From assembly GCA_963920595.1 (NCBI GenBank), contig OY986946.1, positions 3,100,001 through 3,164,000 of the forward strand: DNA of 64,000 nucleotides, given 5' to 3'. Below, in pieces: positions 1 through 14,156 of this stretch. How positions within the stretch are numbered: position 1 is the first letter of the stretch; each line of letters begins with the position of its first letter. The DNA comes from Eimeria praecox. Its lineage: Eukaryota. The notes beneath the pieces were generated by a model, which saw only the letters and a list, made by a program, of their open reading frames with translations, had not been told where the DNA came from and searched no databases. The position numbers and the translations under genes are program-made.

Positions 1-53
1 GCCCTTCTTGTGTTTGCCTCAGTGCAGCTTTCGCCTTGTACTGTTTTGTGTGC

Positions 54-661
54 TAGGGTTTAGGGTTTAGGGTTTAGGGTTTAGTGTTTGCATGCGTGTG
101 TCAGTAGCTGAGGGTTCGTTTGAGGCTATGCCTGCAGAGTGTGTTTTTTCTCTTTCGATGTTTCAGAGTTCAACACTCTAGGGTTTAGGGTTTAGGGTCT
201 AGGGTTTAGGGTTTAGGGTTTAGGGTGTTTATAGGCGTGTTTGCTGTTACACTTCAGGGCCTCTGACACCAGCGGAATTGTCTTGGAGAGTAAAAGAATA
301 TGGAGAAGTATTAAATGAAGTTCGAGCAGTTTTAATAAATAGGATGGCGAAGCCTCAGGAGGTGTATATACAGTTCGATCAAGAAACGGGGGAGGTCACT
401 AGAGATTATGAAGTAGACACTGGTGGGTTTGTCTTAATTATTTCTACTTCTCACCATATTTTGTTTTTAATTTAATATATTTATTAATCTTATTAATCTT
501 AGAGTTATTTGTTTGTTAGACGAACTAAGCGATATACACAAATTAACAAACATGAAAACAGAATCTGCCAAATAACTAACCCCCAAACAAATACGAAAAA
601 CAAACCGCGCAACAACAAAACAATCTCGTATATATATTTATATATTATACAGAGATACATT

Positions 662-739
<78 letters not shown>

Positions 740-3640
740 GACACGGACAATGTGATGCTGCTGCTGACCAATCTTGGGGTTTAGGGTTTAGGGTTTAGGG
801 TTTGTTGTTGTTTATTTTTTGGGTTTTTCAGCTGAGGTGTCTCTGTACAACACGATGAGATGCACTCAAGTTTTGTTGACGAACTTGGGAGAAATAGAGA
901 CACAAAGATTAATGCTATCTGTGCTTCAGATGGAGGTTAGGGAAAATATGATGGCTTTGCTGCTGCTGCTGCTGCTTGTGCTGCTGGTGCTGCTTGTGTT
1001 GCTGCTGCTGCTTGTGCTGCTGCTGCTGCTTGTGCTGCTGCTGGTGCTGGTTGTGCTGCTGCTGTTCTATTTACTGCTGCTGTTCTATTTACTGCTGCAG
1101 TTGCTGTTGCTGTTTCTGCGGTATTAGGAGATGGCTGAGGGTTTAATATATGGATAATGTGTATGGCTTTGGGGTGTACGTACACCCAGTGCATGCAGGC
1201 CCCTGTTCAAGGAGAACAGTGGAATTCAACAGCATTAAATCGTCTCTGCTACAGCATTGGCTCAATTAGCGGTGCTATGTCAGAGGCTGTAGAGAGGCCG
1301 TTTGTTGTTGAAGTCATACGAAGCCTCCTCAATCTTTGCGAATCCATGAGAGGAAAAGGCAATAAAGCTGTAGGGTTTAGGGTTTATAGGGGTTAGGGGT
1401 TAGGGGTTAGGGTTTAGGATGAGGAAGGGGGTTGAGGAGAAAGGGTTTAGGGTTTAGGGGTTAGGGTTTCTGGCTTGTCGTGTATTGATTGTATATCAAG
1501 AGATCGTTGTCAGAAACATAAATATACGTTTCTTTTCTTCTTTTTCTTCCTTATGTTTTTGAGTGTTAGATCATGGCTAGCAGCATAGAACCCGTGTTTT
1601 GTTTTTTTGTTTTTTGTTTGCTGTTGATTGCTTTTCGTGTATTACTAAATCGTGTCAATGTGTATAAAGTAGATGTTTTATTGTTTATTGTTTGTTGTTT
1701 ATTGTTTCTTTTTTGGTTTTTGTTTGACGTCTGCTGTGTATACTACCAGCATCATGTACGTTGTGGGTTAGTATCGTTTTCCCTGTTTCGTTTTTGTTTC
1801 TTCTCTGTTTTTTGTTTGGTTTTTCTTGTTTTTTTGATGTTGATTTTGTATTAGATCGTGGCTAGCAACATCATGTACGTGGTGGGTCAATATCATCTTG
1901 TCTATTGTTTATTATTTCTTCTTTTCTGTTTATTTTTTGTTGTTTTTTTCGTGTTTGATGTTGATTTTGTATCAGATCGTGGCTAGCAACATCATGTACG
2001 TGGTGGGTCAATATCCTCGTTTCCTGAGGGCATATTGGAAGTTTCTGAAGACTGTGATTTCCAAGTTGTTTGAATTTATGCATGAAAGTTTCCCGGGGGT
2101 TCGTGACATGGCTTGTGAGACTTTCCTCAAAGTTGCACAAAAATGCAAACAAACCATCGCCGCCGCTCATCAAGGTACCCTCAAACCCTAAACCCTAAAC
2201 CCTAAACAACAACCGGAAACCCTAAAAGGGCAAGTAAACTGTAGCAATCAGCATTCAGGGTACACACAAACCCTAAGCCCTAGACGCTAAACGGCAACGC
2301 GGCTTCGTGTCCAGCACTAGCTCTGATTGCTTGCGCCTTTTAGGGTTTAGGGTTTAGGGTTTAGGGTTTAGGGTTTGGAGGTAAGGAAGGGGATTGGGCT
2401 GATGCACGGGGTTACGGGGTAAGGGACGGCTACAGGGTTTATATTTTAGGGTTTGTGGTTTGCGATTTAGAGGACGAGCGGAGTTTTGTGTTGAGTGTCA
2501 TTGAGAACCATCGACAACAGACGGATGTCTTAGACGAAAAGCAGCAGTTGCTGTTCTTTGAAGCCGTAGGGCACATCATATCCGCCACACGTAAGCACAC
2601 CCTAAATGTAAATTAAGTTGAATATTTAGTAATGTATGATATTTTATATTTAATATAAATTGTTGTTTGAGGAAAAAACCGCGAAAAACAGCAAAGAAAA
2701 CCCATAATGTTGTTTTATGCATTAGCAGCAACGCGTGCAACGCAGCAACAAAATCAAGAAACCCTCTTTGATTTATTTTTGTTTATTTGTTGTTTCTTTC
2801 TTTCTTGCTCATTTAGTTGTTTATTTTATGTTTGTTCTTTTGTACTTGCGGCTTCTTTACAAGGATTGGAGTTGCTGCTTCAATTACTGCTTGTGCTGTA
2901 GCTGTATGAGTTTTTCGTGTGGGAAGCTGTTGTTGTATTTTTATTTTTAACTATTAATTATCTATTTAGATATTTTCTTGCTTTCTACTGCTGCTGCATG
3001 CGTGTTGTTGCTCAGCCCCAGGAGTACAGACAGATTGTATTGCAGCTTTAATGGGCAATTGTCTGCAAAGATGGGAAGATATTGTTGTAAAAGGCAAACA
3101 AAACACAGAAACGCTCTTCGCGCCTCAGACCGCTAGACAACTTGTTCAGATTATACGCATCAGCCAGCGCATTGCTAAGTAATTCTTTTTATTTTATTTT
3201 TATTATTTATTTTGTTTTCTTAGTAATATTATTATTTACATTGTTTGGACAAACGTGTTTCTTTTAAGTGCCATTTTTACTCGCGAATGCGCCAGAGTTT
3301 GTGTTTATTTTTGTGGTTATACACATTTCTCTTGCTTTGATTACAATCTTCCTTCTTCTTGTTCGTTTTTGTTTTTGCTGTTGTTTGTTTCGCCTCTGTT
3401 CCATCTTGTTTTGTCTTTGTGCTGCCTCTGTTTTATTTATATTTTGTTTTCGTTTGTGCTTTGTTTCCTCTTCGTCTCACCGTTGCTTTGTTTTGTTTTC
3501 TACTTTATTTTTGTCTGTTTTTGGGGGTCTTCTCCGAGTATGTGCTTTGTGTAATCTGCCTTGCCTTGCTGTAAAACATAAGAAAGGCAAATGATACAAC
3601 ATGTGTGTTAGTAAGTACAAATAACAGCTGTACGTATCAC

Positions 3641-3680
<40 letters not shown>

Positions 3681-4831
3681 CAACTGGAGGGCCACACGAA
3701 GGAATTGCTAATTATTTATTTGATTATTTTATGTTTGTTTTGTTTGCAGGCCAACAGGATCTGCGTTCACTCCTCAGCTGATGCGACTGTATGGGGAGAT
3801 GATGCAGATATACGGAGTGTATGGACAGAAGATAGTGGCAGAGGTACAGAGAGGAGGGGCCTCTCGTATTAAACATGCAGATGTTAAATGCCTCTTTATC
3901 TTTAAAAGAGAAACCTTACATCTACTCGAAGTGTATGCAGACGAATCCCTCAGAGATTCGCATGCACCTGCTAAGAAAGAAACTGTTAAAGAACTCGTCG
4001 GACAAGTCCTACAACCCATCCTTCAGGACTACAGGCACGCAAACCCTAAACCCTAAACCCTAGCTTCTTACGAGACCCTAAACCCTCATGCTTCTTCACA
4101 AACGGCAGATGCCGCTAACGCAAACTTACCCCGGCGTGCGTGCTTTCCTGTGGTTTAAGGTTTAGGGTTTAGGGTTTAGGGTTTGTGTGCAGAGACAACA
4201 CGCCGGATTCTAGAGACTGCGAAGTCTTGGCACTTTTGGCGGTCCTCATGGCTCGCCTCGATACCCACATCTCCTCGGTATGCTCAAACTAGGGTTTAGG
4301 GTTTAGGGTTTAGGGTTTAGGATAGGAGATCTAGGGTTTACGGTTCAGGTGTTTCTTAGCTTGCTTGTGCAGGTGCTGCCGGTGATATTTGATTACATCT
4401 TCGACTGCACGCTTCAAATGATCAAGTCGGACTTCCAGAGGTGGGTTTGGGGCTTAGGGTTTAGGGTTTAGGGTTTAGGGTTTATGCGGCTTGGTGCTGC
4501 TACGCTGTCTCCAAGTTATGGCTTGGGTCTTCGATGTGCGGGTTTGTGCTTTTTTTTGCAAATTCCCGACTCATAGTTTAGGTATTTAGGGTTTGGGGTT
4601 TAGGGTTTAGGGCTTAGGGTTTAGGGTTTAGGGTTTAGGGTTTGTGTGGGCTGTTGCAGTTACCCAGACCACCGGGAGCGATTTTATGCGTTGTTGAAGG
4701 CTTGCAATCAGCACTGTTTTGCGGGTCTTTTCTCTCTGCCGTCTCAGCAGCTTAAGGCATTTGTTGAATCTCTAGGTTAGCAACCCACCCACCCAAGGCG
4801 TAGGGTTTAGGGTTTAGGGTTTAGGGTTTAG
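54..4831. repeat. Dispersed interstitial telomere-like (TTTAGGG/CCCTAAA)n tracts in XPO1 introns
   Basis: Arrays of a few copies at about 56-84, 180-225, 777-803, 1370-1470, 2183-2205, 2340-2376, 4040-4062, 4155-4185, 4290-4340, 4455-4483, 4585-4643 and 4800-4831. Another lies at 18378-18401 in a MetAP1 intron. Confidence 0.95.
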
Positions 4832-6183
4832 CAGTTTGTTTGTTTTGAGGTGCTTTGTTGTGCTGTCTCTGGCTCCCTGCCTCTATTTATACTATTTGTT
4901 CCGTCGCTTTGTTGATTGATTATTTTTATTTATAAGCTCTCCAGCCCTTCTTTTGTTTATATAACATGTGTGAGTTTCTGTGTTGTATTTTCTGTGTAGT
5001 TTTTGCGCTGTATGCTGACGATTCTCCTTATCGATGTGTTTTTTGTAGAACATTTTGTCTATTTTCTTGTTTTTTGTTGAACATGTTGGCTGCTTATTGG
5101 TTGTTTGTTGCATATTTTCTTTATTTTTCTTCAGTCTGGGCCTTCAAGCACGAACATCCTTCCCTAGCAGAGGAGGGTTTGCAGGTTACGTACGAGTTTT
5201 TGCAAAAGCTGATTGAGGGGAAGCGAGAGGTGGGTGCACTTCAGCATCTTAGAGAGTGATTTAGTAGTATATTGTTATGTGCTCGGTTCTACATTGTTTC
5301 GGCGAGATCTGCTGTGCTGGGGTGTATGTACAGCTCTTAAACGACTTTTGCAGCACGTATTACTTTAGTTTGATGAAAGAAATTCTTATGGTTTTAACCG
5401 ACAGACTACATCGTTCAGGCTTCAAATATCAGACTTTGATTTTCATGGTTCTTTTGCGAATTGTTGGCTACGGCTTAGTCCGTGATGAAGCAAACGGACT
5501 TACACAAGAAAATGTCACGTGAGATATTCAACAAACATCTCTTGCACTTGCTTGCATGCTGCTGCTGCTGCGGTTGCTGATGCTGCTGCTATTCCTGTTG
5601 CTGTTGCTGCGGCTATTCTCCCTTTGTTACTGCTGGGGCTGCTGCAGCCCTCCGTGCTTGCAGGTGCTGCTGCTTTGCTGCGTCTTTGCTGTTGCTTCCT
5701 CCATTTGATGGTTGTGTCAGTATTAATCCCTCCGTGCTTGGCTTGAAGCTCCATCGTTTTGATCTGTGTGTGTTTTGTTTGCATGCAGCAAGAGTTTGAT
5801 TGATTTGCTTAGCAGGAGTTTCCAAACCTTGAATCAGAAACAAGTGGAGGCGTTTGTTGTTGATTTGTTCAACTTCTGCGGGGATACAAACCCTACGCGA
5901 TTTCAGCAGCACATGCGTGACTTCCTTATTTCTCTTAAAGTAGGGTTTACATTATGGTTTTGTAGGGAGGGTTTAGGGTTTAGAAAAACAAGTGTGAACT
6001 CGTTGTCAGTTTGATTGTTAATAACAGGACTAATAATAAAGACGATTTGCTCAGACAAATCGTAATAAATAATAGATTGCGGGGGTTAGTAGGCCCCTTG
6101 AAGAAAAACGGTGCAGAATTGCTGGCCAAAGTTTTGGCAGTCAATATGTGTTTTAAATATAATTGTATAGTACTATATTATAC

Positions 6184-6232
<49 letters not shown>

Positions 6233-6911
6233 CGAGGCTGTGTGCAGCTTATCCTGTCTAGTGTTGTTTTGCTCTGTTCGTTTTCCTCTCCTTTTGCATG
6301 AATACGTGCATGCATGTGCTTGTCAATAAGCTTTCTTTTGTTTCAGCTTTAATACATTTTGTTTCTTACTCTGCTCTTCTGTTTTTACTCTTGTTTTCTT
6401 TCTGTCTTCTGTTCGTTCGTGTTTGCTTTTGGGGTGTATGTGCTACGTGCATTCTTAAAATCATATGCTTATTTTACTATACTTATTTGCACACTTTGTT
6501 TCTATTCAGGAGTTTGCTGGAGACAACGACGCGCTGTTCGAAGCAGAGAGAGAGGAAGCTCTTGAAAGAGCACGAGAGCTTGAAAAGAAGAAGAGAGGCC
6601 AGGTAAAGTAATCAGTGGCTGAATTAACACAGAACGTGAAAAGAGTAAAAATAACAGAAAGTGTGAGACAGAAAGGCTATATTATATGCATGCATGTGCC
6701 CTTGATGTGAATGTAGCTACATAGAAGCAGAGCAAGGGGGGCGGCCAGGTTATAGGTTTAATTGTTTTTTGTTTAAAATGCGTTTATGAAGACTATGAAT
6801 AAAGAAATTTATGCTGGATTTGTGCAATCTATCTTCCTTCGGTTTTGTCAGGTGCCCGGGATGACGCCTCAGTACGAGTCGATAGTGTCTATTCGCACCT
6901 TGGATGATTGA
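258..6911 (+). CDS. XPO1: Exportin-1 (CRM1), C-terminal part. About 15 exons are visible and the gene starts upstream of the window. Approximate exons: 258-423, 831-935, 1190-1368, 1976-2174, 2471-2590, 3016-3178, 3750-4034, 4193-4277, 4373-4440, 4660-4775, 5134-5229, 5334-5518, 5788-5939, 6510-6602, 6852-6911
   Basis: Exon translations match CRM1 signature segments in the right order: [115 protein letters not shown]. They are flanked by splice sites and the stop is TGA at 6909-6911. Confidence 0.95.
955..1115. repeat. (CTG/CAG)n trinucleotide tract, intronic; one of many in the window
   Basis: Imperfect TGC repeats are directly visible and typical of Eimeria. Confidence 0.9.
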
Positions 6912-7617
6912 TGGACTTGAAGAGCGGAAAGTATAAGGAAATCAGGACAGAAGAAAACAAACAAAACAAATAAAACTAGAGCAAGGCATCCAGAACAAAC
7001 CAAAATAGAAGAAACTACAACTCGAGAAAGTGCAGATTAAATTTTTACATGTTTCGTGTTAGTGTTTACTTAGTAGCTGCAAAACTAAATGCCCTTTATA
7101 TAGGATGCCCCGAACAGCTGTTGTAGTGGGCTGGAGTTGGATATATGTTGTTTTTCTACATTGCAACAGAGGAAGAAGAAAGAAAACAAGAGTTTATTGT
7201 TGTTTCTTCATTGTTGCAAAATAGCATCTCTCTGCAGACGAGTCAAATCATTGCAAAATAGTTTATAAAATCCCTGTCCGTCAGGGGCTTTCTACAGCGA
7301 AAGCTCCGTAGAAATACAAAAGTGGAAGATGAACGAACGAAATTCGTTTTCATTTTTCTCAATTGCTAGAGATAAACTAACACTGGAGATTTGTCTTTTA
7401 CATTAAACGCCCGAAGCCATAGCTGATAAGGAGAAATGCCAAACTTCTTCACAAGTGCCTTTATGCCCTTTTTAGATAGAGAGTAACCCTGAAGCAGAAA
7501 AACTCAAAAGTCGTGAGCACATCTGCAGTGTACGTACACCTCGGCGTTGCCTATGCAGAAAAGTGTGATCAGTGCGCCGACATTTCTTTCATTTTGCTAG
7601 TCTAAGTCGGACTATCA

Positions 7618-7848
7618 TCATGAATATAAAGCCAAACTTACATTTATTTTCATCTGAATATTCTCGGGAGTCACATTAGCTTGAGCAACTGTCTTATTAT
7701 CTGAATTTTGCATATCTTCGCAGATCCTCTCAACGAGATCACAAACGAGCAGATGATCATACATCGATACAGAATGCTCTTCCACCGTTACGAAACCCAT
7801 ACCTAATTTAGGCAAACACAAACATATATAAATAAAGATATTATATAC

Positions 7849-7881
<33 letters not shown>

Positions 7882-8835
7882 GATAGATAGATAGATTGAT
7901 TGATTGATATAGATATAGATATAGATATAGATATAGATATACATATATAGATATAGATATAGATATAGATATAGATATAGATATAGATATAGATATAGAT
8001 AGATACATGGATATAGTTATGCGGCTTTCATATGGCATGCCTTCTTGCTGTATCCGCTTCATCGTATGATGGGCATGCGTTTTCTAGAGAAGCTGCATTT
8101 ATCACATGTTTTGTGCGTTAAGTGGAATGGCAATATGTGCGCATAGCCACCTGAGTGGGCACTTGCTGAACGATTCAACTGTTCAGATAACACTAGAGAC
8201 TTCGTGGTGCTCTGCCTGATAAAGTTGAACCTACACTTCTTAAAGATAATGCGCAGAGACACCGGATCGTGCGCTGCAAAGCCATCAACGTCTATTTTAA
8301 TCCTTGTACCAAACAGGGGCTGAAGATCCGAACCCTGCTCACATGCACAGGACAAAAAGAAACTCAACCGTAGATACACATTGAATGGGAGGAAGCAACG
8401 AGTCCAACTGTTTGTTGACTTGCAGACTGCGTCACAGTGTTGCGCAGTCAACCACTGAAGGACCCCTAAACCCTAAGCTGAAACCTTTCAGCCCTGCTGA
8501 GATACCTGTAGAGGTCTTCCTGGCTGTTTTTCCCGCTCGTAAAGCAGCAAAGTCTCCGCCGTTAAACCCGTGAGAGAAGACGGGCCGAGTTTCTTGAGCA
8601 CTATTTGTTTGAACTGATCCACCTGAGTATACAGACACCCGTATCCTACGCTTGAGTCAATGCCTCAAACCAAACGCCACCACTCCACGCCCTAATTTGA
8701 AGGTATTAATGCTAAATGAATTCTGCTTACTGTGATGGAAGAGGAATCAACGCCGATACAGAGACGATTCTCTGCTCCTTGAAGTTTGATCCGGAAAACA
8801 ATTTGTTTAATTTCACCGTCTGCCTTCCCCCTCAT
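7618..8835 (-). CDS. Hypothetical spliced gene with a possible ubiquitin-like/DWNN-type N-terminus; 3' structure unresolved
   Basis: Phase-0 GT/AG joins give a continuous reading [93 protein letters not shown] further protein-like exon lies at about 7618-7810. The fold call is by eye only. Confidence 0.35.
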
Positions 8836-11540
8836 TTTCCTTATCAAATCTTCGCTCAAGAGGAAAGGCAGAAGCAAAACATGCAGCAGAAACAGACAGA
8901 AACACAACCAAAAAAATGTCTGCAGCCTCCAACAGCCACACATACAAACGGGGGAAGAAGGTACACGAAGAGGATAAAAAGAATGGCGACTTTGCTGCTG
9001 CTATATCTCTCCAACGTTTCCTCCTAATCATTTGCTGATCTCCACGCACAAATACAATTCCAAAAAGAAAGAAGATATATAGTGTCAAGGCATTAGCTAG
9101 TCTGTTCGCTCTGCGCCTCACCATCATTCAACATGTCGCTGAAGTCTAACGGCGTTGCATTCACATAGAGGAAACACCGCGCGAGCTTAGGTTCTCCCTC
9201 CTTTTCCTCTGAAACCATAAAAGCAATTAAAAACACGAAATTCGAAAACAACTGATTGTTTCATCAATGCGGCCGAGCGAACGGCCTCTGGGGTGTGTGG
9301 TGACCTCCTCGGTGGAGTGTGGAGGACTACCCTCTCTAACTGTTTAAAGAAGGATTTAGAAATGTAAATTGTTTTTTAATTATAAGAATACTGTAAAAGT
9401 GAAATGGTTTATTGGTTTATTCGTTTGTTGCTTTCCCACCGACATCGTCCAACATGCCCGCAGCCCTCGATTTCTTCCTGAGCTGATCTGCAGGAATCGA
9501 GGCGTTGACAAATTCATCTCGCACGTAAAAGAACTGATGCTTCGGGGGTGCATTTGGCACTTTGTCAGCCAGCTGAAAGCAACATCAAAGAGGGAATAGC
9601 AAGCAATACCGTTAATAATAATGATACCATCGCTCCTCCCATTCCGAATAGGAAGAACAACAGGAAAAGGGAAAACGTTGAAGAGAATCAAAAGGAGAAG
9701 AAAATAATCCTTTAAGGACATCTACCCAGAGGCAAACAAATAGCCCAAAATAGCCCAAAGACCCTCTACCTGAACTTGGAGAAACGAACCTCAAATGGAC
9801 CACAGGACTGTCTTTTCCCTAAACCCTAAATCGAAAGCCCCTCAACCTAAAATGTCCCTCAAATGCACTACACAAAGCCGGTTTCTCGTGAATAATTCAT
9901 GATAAAAGAAGACTGCGTTCAACTGCTTACAATGGAGCGAACGGTCTCAAGGGTTTCCCACGCTTCAACAATCGCGGTATACTGTTTGTCATCCCGGAGG
10001 TCGGTTACCTCAACTTGGATCTTCATGGTGGAAATTAATTAATCAAAGTTGAGCAATAATGTTTAAACAACTCAAGGGGAAGAGATCAGGGAAAAGAGAA
10101 AAAAACTCAACGCCTCACCGCCTCTCCCGAGCACTTTGCTTAGAGGCGGGTGGAAACACCGGCGACCCGCGCTGTTTCAGCCCGTTATTTCCCCTTTAAT
10201 GGTCTCTTTTTGCGAATTTAATTGAACTAAAATGACAACAAAACACAAATTTTCAACCTTCCTACTTTTCAATTTTCCTTCAACTTGAACATCTTGGGGC
10301 TTTGTGCAGCTTGGACTGCCGTTAGGCAGCTGCCGGTTAACACCAGACCAGCGGTTACAGCCGCGGTATTCCCTCCCCCCTCATCCTTATTTATCACTAA
10401 AATTAAAAATAAATTAGTTTATTTCTGTAGATTTCACGGGAGTTGAATTCATGTTAGTTTTCACCTCCCAATTTCGTGCTGAACAAATCAGAACAACACG
10501 TGAGCGATCCATACGCAGCCCCAACCCTTCTGCCTCGTTATCAATAAAAAACCTTTTAAGCTAACAAACATATCACGAATTGTCTTTCTGACAGCGCCAA
10601 TACCTGAAAATCCTTGACGCGCTCGATCTTAGGGAGGTTTCAGCGACAGGGTGTGCACAGATCAGTGTTATATACACGTACACCCCACAGAGTTGCAACG
10701 TGTTAGTCCCCTGCATGCGTATTGTAGTTCATTTAAACCTCCCTCTTATTCCTTTTGAAATTTGCCAGTTGAAACCACAGACGTACCAAACAAATCCCTG
10801 CCTTCAACACCTCTCTGTAGATGAGTGATCCCAGGTGAAGAAACAAAACAACCAAACAATCAGATAAACGACGCAACATAAGTCCTTAAAATGACAGACG
10901 TAAACAGAGAGAGAGAGGCGCAGATGCATGCATCTCAGCATGCATGCATACATACATTAACGCACTCAAGAGAGGCGGTTCTGTTCCTTTTGCTCTGTAC
11001 ACGTTTAAGCACAGCTTTCTCCATGAATGACTCAAAAGAGATATCTGTAGCTCATCATTCTGTATTCACTCATCAGTCAACCCAGCAGTAGCAACAGCAG
11101 CAGCAGCAGCAGCAGGTGTACCTGTAGGGGGGATGTGCTGTTGGTTTTCATCTGCTTCACCGTCTGAGATCGCTCAGAACAGCAACAGAAGCAGCAATAA
11201 AAGCAGAAGCCGCAGCAAAAGCAACAACAGCGGCCCCACTAAAGGCAGTAGCAACAGGAAAAGCTGCAAGAGCTCTACAAGTGGCAGCAGCACTAGGAGG
11301 GGAGAAGCAGCAACACTAGAACTAGAAGATATTTAGGCTATAACACCATCTGAGCAGCAAGAGAGATGCTAAGATCTCGAATGAAATCACAGTTAAACAG
11401 AAAGAAAAAACAAGAAAAGAAAGAAAGAACTAATACGTTTGTCTGTCTCCTCATAGGAGAAGACAAGAACAAGAGAGCAGAGTTTTTCTTTCCCTCTGTT
11501 TTCAGCTGTCTCCCCTTGTCTTGTTTTTCTACATCGCCTT

Positions 11541-14121
11541 CTATGCAATGCGCTGCCGCTTCAGCGCCCCCAGGGTCCCTTGCCTGCCTCCTCCCCTTCC
11601 TCCTCGGCTTCCCCTGTCTCCTCTGTCTGTGGCTCTGTCTCCTCTTCCGTCTGTTCTCTCTCTTTTGTTTCTCTCAGTTACAGCGCTATCATGAAGCAAC
11701 GAACGTCCTCTCGGTGCTGCTGCACCTCCTCTCCTCCCTCTTCCTCTATCTGTCTCCTTCTTGTCTCCCCTACGATTCGAAACATGATTGGGGTTCAGGC
11801 GCATAGCAGCAGAAGACTGACCTAAACGCTGCTGCTGCTGCTGCTGTTGCTGCTGCTGTCTAGCCAGGTACAGCGCATCCTGCAGCGGCGGCAGTTGACT
11901 GACTAGCTGCAAACTAAAGCCTTTTCTTCTGTCTCCGTTTGTTGCTGCAGCCTTTAGAGGAGCTAATACTAGTTCCTCCCACAGCGCATGCACCTCAGCA
12001 GGTATGTCGAAGACAGCCCCATCTCCCTTTTCTGTTAGCACCATTTGTTCTATCTTCTCTAGCACATCAACACCTCCTCCCCGTTTCCCTGCTGCTGCAG
12101 CAGCAGCAGTTTGCTGCCCAAATTTGTTTTTCAAAGCCCGCCATACATATGAACAAGAACCCTGCAATGGCGGAGACGGCGGAGGAGAGAAAGTAAGACA
12201 ATAAGAAACAAAACCTGATCTTCCAGACAAAGAAGATACAGGAGCTGGAGATACACCCGAAGCCCCTGCTGTTTGTCCGTCTGCTGCTCCTGCTGCTCCT
12301 CCTGTTGCTGCTGCTGCTGCTGCTGCATTCGTATCTTGGGCTAGACAGGTGAGGAGCCGCACGACAACATCTTTCGGGTCTTCTGTCTTCAAGACCTTCT
12401 TAGCGATTTGCTGCAGGAGTACTTGCTCTTCTGTTTTACCTGCTGCAGCAGCAGCTGCTGATTTTGCAGCAGCAGCAGCAGCAACAGCGGCGAAGTCGGT
12501 ACCAGGGAAGAGCTGAAGTGTAAGCTGTTGCAGCCGCTGTTTCCTAAGCTCCTCAACTGAAGGGAAGCCAATTCGTTTGAATTGAAATCCCCCTGCTTGT
12601 TCTATTCTAGTTAGAAATTCTGCATCATGTCTGGTATAAAATAACAGAGAAACACCTTTCCTTCCCGCCCTTCCTGTGCGACCTGCGCGGTGTATGTACG
12701 TCTCTGTATCTCGAGGTGGAGCCATCTGAACGACAAGACGAATCCCAGCAACATCAAGACCTCTTGCTGCTACATCTGTAGCTACAAGTGTTTGAAAACG
12801 TCTCTTCTTAAAGGAAGAGAGAGTTGCTTCTCGCTGTTGCTGCTGCATATCCCCGTGTAGAGCACAAGAACAACTACTAATCAACGAATTTAACGATACT
12901 TCGTTCACCTCCTGTTTCGTCTCACAGAATATCACACATAATCCTTTCTCCTCCTCCCCTGTTGCTGCTCCTTCTGCTGTTGCTGCTCCTTCTGCTGCTG
13001 CTGCTGCTGCTGTTGCTGCTGGGGAACAGAAGAGGGCAAGAAGTAAAGGAAGCGCATTTTGCCTGTCTTTCCAATGACACTGCATTGCTAGATGCTGAAT
13101 GAGGCCTGCTCCGCTGCCAGTGCCTCCGGGTGTACAGACAGCTCCTGCGCTGTTCGGGTCTGCTGCTGCTGCTGTCTCTCTTTCTGCTTGTTGCAGCTGA
13201 TAAGACGTCACATCTATAAACACCCTATCTGCACTCATAAATTCGTCTGCAATAGCCCGCGCCCACTTAGGGAAGGTTGCTGTGAATAGCAGGAGCTGAT
13301 ACTTCTCTCCGCCTTTGCTGCTCTTAGTTCCTTGCTTTGTTGCTGCTGTTTCTCCTTCTGTTGTTGTTGCTGCTGCTGCTGCAGAAGCAGCAGCAGGGTT
13401 CTTCTGCTCCTCTATGGTTGTGAGCAGCCGCTGCATGTCTTCTCTGAATCCCATTTCGAGGAGTTTGTCGGCCTCATCAAATACAACTGTCTGTACACCT
13501 TGGAGTGTCACTGCAGCTCTTTCCACGAAATCAAGGATTCTCCCTGGCGTTCCAACCAACACTTCACATCCTTTTGCTATTTGCATTAATTGAGGGCCTT
13601 CAGGAGCCCCACCAAATACACACACTGGGGTGTATCTACACCCCGACAAACGCACGAATTCCCCGTGCACCTGTTGTGCTAACTCTCGCGTGGGAAGTAC
13701 AACAAGCACCTAAGCAAACAAAAGCAATAAATTAAAGCAATAAACAAATAAAAAATAAATTAGACAATAAAACAAACAACAAATAAACAAACAAATAAAT
13801 AAACAAACAAGATAGGATTGTGAAGAAGATACACCCCTCATCCTTCAGAGAGAGAGAGAGAGCAAACACCTCTTACAAAACAAATAGATAATAATAATAA
13901 TTAAAAAATGAACAGACAGGAAAAGAATATACTAAGCAGCAGCAACTGCAGCAGAATTGTGTTTCTCTATCTTCTGCATTTTGATACTTTATATTATTTT
14001 TCTAACAATCAACCAGCGATTCAAATCTTCTAAAATTTTTAGTTTACTTCTTTGATTTCTTTGTTCCTTCACTACTTATTGGTTGTTCTATTTATTCAAA
14101 TGTATGTGCGATTAGGCGTTG

Positions 14122-14156
<35 letters not shown>

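Noticed and set aside
54..4831. Chromosome end inferred from TTTAGGG repeats
   Set aside because: The tracts are short, intronic and in both orientations, which is a known genome-wide Eimeria feature.
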